A DNA stretch of 28,467 nt from assembly GCA_043228905.1 (NCBI GenBank), contig JBHGNT010000396.1, positions 1-28,467 on the forward strand. The letters run 5' to 3'. The translations under genes and the position numbers were made by a program. Shown in pieces: positions 1 to 10,107 of the stretch; position 1 is the first letter of the stretch, and every line of letters begins with the position of its first letter. The notes below the pieces were generated by a model. That model was given only the letters and a program-made list of their open reading frames with translations, did no database searches and was not told the DNA's origin. This DNA comes from Azolla caroliniana (lineage: Eukaryota; Plantae; Polypodiophyta).

Positions 1-385
1 GTCGAGGAAATCCTCGCGTGTTCGCGAAATGAAGCGGGACCACCGGGGTCCTGGAACAGAAGGATTTGATGTTTTTAGCAGCATAAGCGAGAAAGTATTG
101 AAGATAGATAGATGGATGAAGAGAGAGAGAGAGAGAGAGAGAGAAAGATAGAGATTGAACCCTTCACTTTAGTTTTATGAGACAAGATACATCACCATTA
201 CGATAACTCCGATCTTTGATTAAAAGTTTCTTTTTTTACTTACATCACTTGCCTCCTTACACAAGCCCAACTATAGGCTTTTATAGGTCTTCACAGGATA
301 AAACCATGGGTTAAAACCACAGGATAAAACCATGGGCTAAAACCATGGTTTTGTGCCCACGGTTTCTATATGTTTGCTTCCTACA
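1..385 (-). mobile_element. Partial LTR of an LTR retrotransposon (5' part, running off the window's left edge)
   Basis: On the minus strand it begins TGTAGGAAGC at 385 (canonical TG start), followed by ~26-bp tandem AAAACCATGG-containing repeats (294-350), a TATA box CCTATAAAAG (reverse complement of 278-287) and a CT microsatellite (119-144). The other end and the TSD are outside the window. Confidence 0.6.
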
Positions 386-429
386 AAATACTGAATATGA
401 AAAAGAAAATATACAAATTCTTAAGCACT

Positions 430-505
430 TAGTAGTGGCTTTAGTGGTAAGTTAATTTGTTTCCTATCTTGGAGGTGCAAGGTTCAAGCCTTGCTTGCAC
501 CCCTT
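430..505 (+). mobile_element. tRNA-derived (SINE-head-like) sequence with Pol III A and B boxes; not an intact tRNA
   Basis: A-box-like TGGCTTTAGTGG (436-447) and B-box-like GGTTCAAGCC (481-490) at tRNA-like spacing; T-arm-like stem GCAAGG-TTCAAG-CCTTGC. No convincing acceptor or anticodon stems. Confidence 0.5.
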
Positions 506-663
506 TCTATGCTCAAAATATTACTAGGCTTTGGTCTTATATTTGCAAATGTTTGAGTACACATTACACCTTCTTGATTTTGTTTGTTTCACACAATTTT
601 CACACCATTGCCCAAAATCTTCACGACAACTTGTCTTATATGTTATCGTCATTTGTGCTTATT

Positions 664-1865
664 TCTTTGTGTGTCTTGTGACAAGGGAGTGTTTCGGGCT
701 TGCCCATGCACCTCTCCTTTCACAAAGGCGTTCGAAATCATGTCTTGCTTATTAGTGTAAATCTTGCTTGTGTGTTCGTGCGACTTGTGGCAAGGGAGTG
801 TTCGGGCTTGCCCATGCACCTCTCCTTTCACAAAGGTGTTCGAAATCGTGTCTTGCTTGTTATTGTAAATCTTGCTTGTGTGTTCGTACAACTTGTGGCA
901 AGGGAGTGTTCGGGCTTGCCCATGCACCTCTCCTTTCACAAAGGCGTTCGAAATCGTGTCTTGCGTGTTAGTGTAAATCTTGCTTGTGTGTTCGTGCGAC
1001 TTGTGGCAAGGGTGCATTCGGGGTTGCCCATGCACCTCCCCTTTCACAAAGGCGTTTGAAATTGTGTCTCCCATGTGTAAACCTTGCTTGTGTGTTCGTG
1101 TGTCTTGTAACAAGGGAGTGTTCGGGTTTCTGTCCATGCACCTCTCTTTTCACAAAGGCATTCGAAACTCTGTCTCTCGTGTGTGTAAGTAAGCCTTTTC
1201 CTTGTGTGTTCGCGTGTCTTGTAACAAGGGAGCGTTCGGGCTTGCCCATGCACCTCTCTTTTCACAAAGACATTCGAAACCCTGTCTCTCGTGGTTATGA
1301 ACGGGAAGGAAATAGGGCTCACACGCACAACACAAGGAAGGCTACACAAACAAGGCACGAGTATTCGAACGTGTTTGTGAAAAGGAGAGGTGCATGGGCA
1401 AGCCCGAATCAACCCCTAGTCACAAGACGAATGAATGCACGTGAGGAAGGCTTACACACGGACACACGAGGAAAAGGCTTACTTACACACACGAGAGATA
1501 GAGTTTCGAATGCCTTTCTGAAAAGAGAGGTGCATGGGCAACCCGAACACTCCCTTGTTACAAGACATGCGAACACACAAGGAAAAGGCTTACTTACACA
1601 CACGAGAGACAAAGTTTCGAATGCCTTTGTGAAAAGAGAGGTGCATGGGCAAAGCCCGAACGCTCCCTTGTTACAAGACACACGAACACACAAGCAAGGT
1701 TTACACACAGGAGACACAATTTCGAACGTGTTTGTGAAAGGAGAGATGCATGGGCAAGCCCGAACACCTCTCCTTTTCACAAACACGTTCGAATACTCGT
1801 GCCTTGTTTGTGTAGCCTTCCTTGTGTTGTGCGTGTGAGCCCTATTTCCTTCCCATCCATAACCA
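664..1865. repeat. ~108-bp minisatellite array: 6 forward units, ~4 inverted units, and a 101-bp inverted-repeat pair
   Basis: The CAAGGG(A/T)G anchor recurs at 682, 791, 899, 1007, 1111 and 1225 (periods 104-114). The reverse-complement core (G/A)TGCATGGGCA recurs near 1390, 1530, 1641 and 1746. 1292-1392 is the reverse complement of 1765-1865 with 2 mismatches. Confidence 0.95.
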
Positions 1866-2116
1866 TGGCGATTCAAATGATCAGTTAGGAGTGGTTCTGA
1901 CGAAGCTCTCTTTGATGTGAACTAGTCATCTACCAAGGTCCTGACGTGGAGATCCTGGTTGGTATGGGACAGATCGGGATTCCTCGTCTGTGTTGTCGAC
2001 TCTGGTGCGGGGGCGAGGGCGGGGGCGGATGGGTGGTAAACCGTATTTTCAGTATGATTGTGTCACTTATGTCTTTATTTAAGGATTAATGATCTTGATT
2101 ATTATAGTGACACAAG

Positions 2117-2403
2117 GAGGAAGTGGCCCAAGGTGGAACAACTAGCCCCCACCTGCCACCCTCCCTTCGTTGTAGGCTGCAAGAGTCAACTCATATTGGC
2201 CGACATTGAAGGGCACCGCTTTTAGCTATAGGTATCTACTTACATTAAGTAGTCAGTTCGAAAGGTTATGTACATAGTTTCATTTTCTTGAACTTGGTCG
2301 GAGGGTGATTCACCGATTTATGTATAAGCCTCCTTGTATAATCTCTTTGTAATAATCCTTCCTAACTAATGGGAAGTAGCTTCATTCTAGAAAAAAAGAA
2401 AAA
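2117..2403 (+). mobile_element. 5'-truncated non-LTR retrotransposon 3' end with A-rich tail (family A, copy 1)
   Basis: 2168-2397 aligns by eye with the reverse complement of 16061-16293 and ends in AAAAAAAGAAAAAG. The residual frame RRKWPKVEQ...ILADIEGHRF resembles a LINE ORF2 C-terminus. Confidence 0.7.
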
Positions 2404-2481
2404 GTAGCGGGTATAATGTTATGCTCGTCATAAAAAACATTCATATTTTTACTTTGAGATCATCACACTTATACTTTTCTC

Positions 2482-2930
2482 TTGTATAGACTAATGATGA
2501 TCTGGTTTAATCTTATCTCTACATTACAAGGACAGTTTGAAAGCCTTCATGGGGCCTCAGACGCAAGTGAAGAAGCTAGAGGTCACTTCCTACTTAAATG
2601 GAGAGGTTCTATGATGCTACAAATGGTGGATGGTACTGCAAAGTGGATTTATCAGCCACCATGGTGGTTGTTCCCTCCGAGGGTACCAAACATATAGGTG
2701 GTGCTGCCACGTGAAGAGATTGGAGGATGTCTATGCTGAATTAGGGTGGTATGAGGCTCACGTTGAGGGTATGTAGTCGAGTAATCTTGTGCTCATTGGA
2801 TGATGCGATGATTATTGTTTTGTTTTTTTTGTTAGTTCCTTAATACATGTTGGTCTCTTTGTAGCCATGCAAGTTGGCTTGTATGATCTGAGTTGTATAT
2901 TATCCTATGTACATTGTCTTAACTAATGGA
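2482..2930 (+). mobile_element. LINE (L1-like) 3' fragment: ORF2 C-terminus plus 3' UTR
   Basis: ORF 2482-2697 reads IWFNLISTLQGQF...FLLKW...WIYQPPWWLFP. The same motif series terminates the zf-RVT-bearing relic at ~15300-15965 (QPPKWLFHP). Confidence 0.7.
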
Positions 2931-3146
2931 GGTCTTCGCCTATTTTGGGGACAGAATAAAATGGAGATATGCTCCACCAAGATGGCTTTTTCCGCCCCCT
3001 ATCTTGAAAAGACCATGCATGAGGGTTTCCGCTACTAGACATGTCCATTCATGTGGGTAGGAGGGTTGTAATAGATTGTATGGATACTTTGTAGCCTTTG
3101 GGCATCTTTTCATTAATACCACAGTGAATCTTGACTTTAAAAAAAC
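2930..3146 (+). mobile_element. LINE (L1-like) short 3' fragment with A tail
   Basis: Translates GDRIKWRYAPPRWLFPPP (WRYAPPRWLFP at 2962-2994), homologous to the C-terminus of the preceding fragment. A-run at 3139-3145. Confidence 0.65.
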
Positions 3147-6100
3147 ACTAATGGAAGTAGTATTTTATTTTTTTTAATCCATGATAAGTTACATGGTTTT
3201 ATAAGTTTGCTAATTCCCACAACCCAAAATTTCAAATGGTGATAGTAGACACTTTACATCAATGCTAATAAAGGATAGCCTAGAAAAAATAAATTATTGG
3301 GACAAAAGTTTGAAATGTAAGCTTGTCCCGTTGGGATAGCTTAAAATTGATTGATGTGAAAGTGGAAGCCATCTAACAACTTTCAAATGAAGGGGATGAG
3401 AAGTGAAGAGACGTGCCGATATATAGGAAGTTATCCACATTCAACGATATATTGTACATTAAATCACATTGTGAAAATTGTTGTCTTTATCCAAATAAAT
3501 ATACAATTTGGTCCACTGCTTATAATGGAGACTATCTATTCAATATACTATATTATTCATTAAAGATGGACACCAACATGGTGGACTTTCAAACTTCGTC
3601 ATCAAATTTCAAACCATTTTGGTCCACATGAAACTATTTCAACATACGCACGTAATCACTCCCATAGCTTTTGAAGTCATTCCATGGAGTTTCAAAGCTA
3701 ATTAATATGTTGCAATTCATACATGTCTATTGATATGTATTGAGATTTTTGGGGAGATCAGTTTTATGGTTACCCAAAGCACAATCCAATGTATTGATGC
3801 AATTATTTCTCTTAGTGAAATTTCTTCCTCTTACTTTCTTGTTTTCTTGATTTATACCCCTTCGAAAGTAACAGTAATAAGTAGGTTCTACGCATGCATT
3901 ACCAAATGACGAGTCATGGACTTGACGCCATCCTCACCTTCTCCATAATAGCGCTTCTGTAGAGCTCTAAGCCGAAAGTTATGATAGCACTTCATGGCAC
4001 CTTAAAAACAGGGATTTGCTCCTCGTCTACCATTATCCACGTGTTTGCTTTTAATTCCTCCATGTTAATCTTTAGTTTCTTACTAATATGTAGGCCAATC
4101 ATCAAAAAAATTGTTTCACCTTCATATCTTCTATTTGGCATCACAATCACTCCATTTTAACATTTTAGGTTTATCAAAAACCTCATCACACATATTATAT
4201 CCCATTCATGTGATAGTCCAATACATGATATAACCTTATTATATGAAGATGATTGTGCATTTAACTTTATTGACGTCAACTACCATACCATTAACACTTG
4301 TGTGCGACAAAAAGACAAAAGCAATATCAAATCATGAACAATATGGGAAAAAACTAAAAATTGACAGAGATCTCAAATACAATAAGAAATGTTGTATATA
4401 ATATGCTTTCAACTATCCTATCCACAAAAAAAATGCCACAAAGGCAATGTTGGCACTTTGTGCTTTAGCACATGATGTTTCTTATCATCACCTTTTGAAA
4501 GAGAGAGCTTCTTTTTATCAACCCTAGGGTTATGGAAACGGTTGTAAAGCCAAATGTTTAGGAGAGACGATGTTAGTTAATTGGTGGTTCAATGATCTCA
4601 ATGCCACAATATAATGAAGCAGAAAGACAATTTCGCTAAGAAATGTGTTAGTTACTGGTTAAGAAATGTGCTTAAGTCAAAATACAAATGATTTCAACAT
4701 TTAATAGAACATTAAATTCATTTGACTTCTATACATAGATGACATTAAGGCTATACAAAAATAAGCTTTACAAAGTTACATAATCACAATGTTTATATTT
4801 CTATCTATCTTTATAATGTCTAATGGTCATCTAAATGCACATGGTGATATAGCATGTTTTTCTTGGTGCTACACAAGTAGTATAGCATAATATTTTTATC
4901 GTCCTCATGCGGGCCCAATTTTGATCTTTGGGGTCAAATCAACATATCATATTGTATAAGGAAGAGAAACTTGGAGGAAAGTTTTGGGCCACTCTTTCAT
5001 CAAAGTCCAACTTACTTTAAAATTGTGGAACCTCAGGTCAAGCAACATCAAACACTTCATACAAACATGCTAAGGCGTTATTTTTCCAACATCCATAACT
5101 AATCATGTAAGGACATATATATAGAGTCTACCATGTATGTGTGTGAGTATGCACTCTCTCAAGAGGTCAAGACAATGAAAACTTGCTTTCTCTTGAGAGG
5201 GTGACACAAGGAAAATGTGCTCTTGAGAGGGTGACCCTAAACTTGCTTTCTATTTGCAAGAGAAGCCATTGTTCATGATGAGCAAAAGATTATTGATATC
5301 CAATGGATTTATAAAAGCTTGCGTATGGAAGTGAGAAAACAACAGAAGGACCATTATGCCAAGGGAAGAGGGGAGAAAATGGTTGGGCATGTAAAATTTG
5401 TTCTTTAACTTTTTGAAACTTTGTATCTTAGTATAATTTTCTCTAATATATCCTAAATTTATTCCATGGTTTACTTGTATTTACTATAGTAGAATTATTT
5501 CATTACTATAATAAAACATCAGTGATCTGACTAACACTCTCGATATATTAACATGATTTTAAGTCAATCCAAATTCATATTGTAAATCATTAGCGGAGAA
5601 ATTGGCATAGTTTCCTTCAAATCATAAATTTGGATCTCTACACAAGTCAAAAATTTCCAATGTAGAACGCAAAGTTGGTAACTCATTTGAGTGTTAATTT
5701 AGCTCTTGAGAATCCTCTCTTACTTCATTTCCTAGGCCAACATCGCCAATCAATATGTAAAAAACACCTTCCACGTTCTCTTACTATGGTCCAAAATTAT
5801 CCTTAATCTATATACCACCTAAGAACGGCCCAAAATGACCCTTTACTTTGTCCACACACCCTTTGCATGCACAAGATCCACCGTCTCTACAAGTTCCCAT
5901 GTCCATCCTTTATTATTTGCATTGAACATCGAGCCATTACAATCGAGACTTCTGAAACACATCAATGTTTTGTACCCATGTTGGCATTTGTCATCATATG
6001 ATTGAATATATCACATGTTTTTGCTTGCACACATGCATTCTGAAACACATGGTTAATCATTATATTCTTGAATACATCCTTTCCTCTCAAATAACAAAGA

Positions 6101-6294
6101 TATTTCTAATGTCATTTGTATCAAACACAATCATTAATGTTGAATAACCCACAACAAGAGCAAAAAAAACAATTTTCCATTGAAATTTGATGACACTAGG
6201 AGGAAGGAATATAACTTCTTAGATAGATTGAACAAATTTGGGGTTATTGATTTTCAAGCTCGTGTTTCTTAAATTTTCCTCTATCCACACACTA

Positions 6295-6520
6295 TTTTTT
6301 TCTTCTTTTCGGGGGTGGGGCACCCTTTTGCTAATTGATTTTCTTTGGATATAGTTTGATATAGAAATCGTTCATTAGTTAGTGGACGATCTTGACACCA
6401 AATCATTTTATAATCACTCCCTTTTACAATAAAGGCCAACATTATCATTTTCACTCCATATACTGTGGAAAAACGTGTCGATTTTCCAAAGCCTTTTTTT
6501 AGGAGCAAAGTGTTAGGGTT
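6295..6520 (-). mobile_element. Probable LINE 3' end relic
   Basis: The minus strand reads FFHSIWSENDNVGLYCKRE, then after a frameshift KMIWCQDRP (F..W...C.R...W pattern of plant L1 ORF2 C-termini), followed by the tail GAAAAGAAGAAAAAAA. Confidence 0.4.
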
Positions 6521-6638
6521 CATTACCCAAAACTAGAGTCATGAAGAGTTTCTTAATATTGAAGTCATTGAGTGAGACTTGAACCCAATCACAAACTTAC
6601 CACAAATGTTTATATGCAAACGCGTTAAACACACACAT

Positions 6639-6641
<3 letters not shown>

Positions 6642-6674
<33 letters not shown>
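6642..6674. repeat. (GA)n microsatellite
   Basis: Directly visible, about 16 GA units. Confidence 0.95.
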
Positions 6675-6679
<5 letters not shown>

Positions 6680-7099
6680 AAGCATAGAAAATCATATATC
6701 ATTTTGTTTATATGAAAATTCGAATAAGTAGATGAATATACGGGCATCATTGGAGAATTTTATTTTTCATATGCTCATTCGAATAAATAGATGAATAGAT
6801 GGGCATCATTGCAACTAGAACTTGTCGATCTAATAAACTTTAAGAAATCTAGTAGTTTCTAGTTAAATGGTAATTACTCATTATGTAATGTGTATTCAAG
6901 TGCTCCCACCATGTATCAACATAAATCTTTTTATTGGTTACAACAAATATATATGGTAGAATGTTTCGGATGTTTTTCTAATAGAAACATTTATAAGAAG
7001 ACATTTTACAAGTAGTTAGATATCTAAATGGCATATACTCATGAACGGCCTTTTGAAAGGTTCATCTACATCTCATTTAAAGAGGGTTGTACAATTTTG

Positions 7100-7900
7100 G
7101 AAAAAGAACGAAGGCTTCCCATTTACATAAATGTGATCGAATTGATATAAAGACTATCCTCATGTACTCTTCTTATATCTACATGTGCTTTTCTCCATGT
7201 ATAATCTTGGTGTCGTAATATTAATAGCATCAGGAAAAGCATATTCAACGTACGGAATTTGAGTTCTTCACTTTAAAGCTCTTTGTGTTATGCTATTTCT
7301 GAACAAAGCTATACACTTTTAGGTAAGCTTATATTGAACTTCAGACCATAAATCATACCTTAACCCATGTCAAGACTTAGATAACATCATATTTATGTGT
7401 TTACTAAAATCTACATTGATTGGAACAAACCTGTGTTGTCTATGTGTGGATTTGTTGCACACAAATATCAATAACTCTATGCATGACTGAGATTACAAGG
7501 TTTGCATATGTCAAAGTAGTTATCTAAGTTGTATGTTTCATATACGCTCTCGTAACAAGTTTTCTATTTCGGAATCGAAGATTTGTTTAACATAACATAA
7601 TAGATGGAAAAAAATAATGGTAAGACTCATCTATTGACATCTCAATGTGTTCATGCAACAAGAAGAAAACATTACCATTATGATATTGACTTTTATGGGT
7701 GTTATGATATCTAATTAGCTTGTTACTATTTATGCAATCATGACATTCAAATATGTATAATGTGACTATATGCTAGAAGGGTGCTACCTACAATGAAGAT
7801 TCAAAACCATCCACCAGTCTAAGGTTGTTGAAAATATCCATCAATATGCAACATAAATTTATAAGTTTCAATGGATTATGAAAGGATTTTTTTGTCAATA
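7100..7900 (+). pseudogene. Possible highly decayed Mutator (MULE/SWIM) transposase relic
   Basis: Ordered, stop- and frameshift-riddled peptides GKAYST..EF (~7245), WNKPVLSMCGFV (~7421), YDIDFYGC...ACYYLCNHDIQIC (~7680-7755, SWIM-like) and NIHQYAT*IYKFQW (~7835) follow the motif order of MuDR-type transposases. Weak, by eye only. Confidence 0.3.
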
Positions 7901-8941
7901 ATGAGGATGTGAATGAGAAAATGCTTCCCACATACCCGTTAATGCACAGTCAAGTATGTCTCTTCTTAATTGTGCAAAAAAAAATGGAATAGTTTGATTG
8001 TTCAATTAGGAGTCAAACTTGAAACAAGATCATCATCATTTTTAGCAAAAGCACTACAATAGCTTCCATGCATTTGTTCTTGAAGTTTCAACTAGTTATA
8101 CTCAATCAAGTTTAGCCCCACTAGTTATGTCTCTAAAGTTCTTTGGAAATTGTCTAGAGCTTGACATGTACCAATGAACAAGTAAGCCAAAGGCCTACAA
8201 CTCCAAAATAATTAGATGCCAAAAGTTCCATGAAAACATTATTGTATGATGTATCCTAGCATAGAATGTTGTTATTGAAATGAAGGTTTCATAGTATTGT
8301 GTCTATTTGTAGCAAAATCATTTTCACCGTTCATCAAAATTCCTTTATATTCGAGCATTATGTGAGGTGGTTGAAATTTCCTTCTTTCTTTAAAAGAAAA
8401 CGAAGAAATGGTGAACCACAAAAGCATGCATGTACCGTTTTACACGACAAGTGCAAAAATACATCAATCCATGTGTACACCAAAACATGTGCACATTCAT
8501 TCATGTATGCTACAGTTGCCTATGTTTGCATGTTGTGCACGGACGCCCAAAAGCATATGCGAATTGAAATATTCTATGTTAAACAAATTGTTATGTTTTG
8601 AGAACATGCGCACAATGTACATTGTGTCGATACCTATAGGCTATATTCATGACCACCATCAACAAAGGGAATAATTCATTTATAAGAGTGTAGTTGAGCA
8701 AAGATTATTTCATCTATGGATGGCTTACTCATTCACATTGTGCACTAGTTCCCACCTTCTATGAGGAAAAGCTCATGTCATGTCTTGGATTCATGTTGGC
8801 AGAAAACAAATCTTCGAATTTTAATTTTCTTTATCTTTGGAGGTTGGGTCCCCATTAGAGCATGTATATTCATGTAAAGTTGGTTGTATAAATAAAAAAT
8901 CACGCACTTGAAAATAATTACTTCAAGTTTTCAACATCCAA

Positions 8942-9460
8942 AAGATCTTGTATGTCATCTTCGTGTGCTTACTTAAACCATATAAAAGCTATTGTAGGTT
9001 GGATTATCTATACATTAGTTACCACTTTCTATATCTATTCAGCTACATAGGTCACACATGTTCATGTCTCACCGATTCATCTTTCATGTATCTATACATA
9101 TTATGCCCCTTACTCAACAAGATCCTTTATGTCATCATCACTTGCTTACTTAAACCATATAAAGAAAATATTATTGTAACATGGATTGCCTATACATTAA
9201 CCACTTTCTATATCTATTCAGCTACATACTACACAAGTTCACGTCTCACTAACTCATCTTTCAGATGTCTATACATATGATACCCCTTACTGAATAAGAT
9301 CATTTATGTCATCTTCGCTTGCTTACTTAAACCATATAAAGGAAATATTATTGTAACATGGATTAACTATACATTAACCATTTTCTATATCTATTCAGCT
9401 ACATACCACACAAGTTCATGTCTCGTTGAGTCGTCTTTCAGATCTCTATACATATGATGA
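8942..9460. repeat. 177-bp tandem repeat, 3 copies
   Basis: The AAGATC anchor occurs at 8942, 9119 and 9296. TGCTTACTTAAACCATATAAA and TTTCTATATCTATTCAGCTACATA each occur three times. Confidence 0.95.
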
Positions 9461-10107
9461 CCATTAGCCCATGCATGCACATTGTCCATGTTTTACCAAT
9501 ATGTGTTTTAGATGCTTAGACCCATGCATTTGCATTCATTGATCATGACATATATTGGCCGGTTTCCTCTTTGATGTTGTGGTCCATGTCTCTCGAATGT
9601 ATGTCTTCACATGCGTCTAACTATTTCCTAATCCACCCTATTCATTTTGTGAGTAAAATCTTCCTTAACAAGCTACGATTTGCCAATATTGACTTTGTTT
9701 TCTAAAATAAACATATACTTTCATAAAAGGAGAAGTCCTTACCTTGATTGAACAAGGTCATTTAAACCATAATAAAGTTGAACTAAGTAATACATGGTGA
9801 ATGTGCTTAGTCATCCCTCACATGTCGGCTTTACACTTACGTCTAAGATTTTGATCCCTTTTGGCTTCCCTTTTTTTAACTCTATGGTCTCTTAAAGAAC
9901 ACATGTAAATGAGCATGCTTTCTTTCATAAGTTTCATATTGAGTCATTTTGTTGTACTATAGTTTCTCTTTTGAATATATTTATATACTTTTTTAAAAGA
10001 GCTCAATCGCGTGAGTAAACATCAATAAAAGAATAAGGTGAAATAAAGCTTCACATGCATGCCCTAAGGATGGAAAAAAGCGTGAAACCAATCAAGTCAC
10101 CTTCAAG

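Noticed and set aside
430-505. Functional tRNA gene
   Set aside because: Only the A/B boxes and a T-arm-like stem are present; no cloverleaf can be built.
664-1865. CRISPR-like appearance of this and the other regular arrays (17250, 21389, 25891, 26258)
   Set aside because: Whole units repeat with no unique spacers, there are no cas genes, and the context is eukaryotic.
649-1876. Many long overlapping ORFs (up to 284 aa) on both strands
   Set aside because: By-products of a 108-bp (multiple of 3) repeat and its inverted copy; the peptides are repetitive and show no recognisable domain.
1880-1926. Helitron 3' end (CTAG-T at 1922-1926)
   Set aside because: No convincing GC-rich hairpin 10-15 nt upstream.
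6570-6600. Minus-strand B box GGTTCAAGTC
   Set aside because: No recognisable A box at the proper distance.
5150-6815. Short local direct repeats (CTCTTGAGAGGGTGAC x2 at ~5190/5220; 35-bp pair at ~6718/6777); similar pairs at 22949/23005 and 24621/24681
   Set aside because: Ordinary slippage duplications with no further structure.
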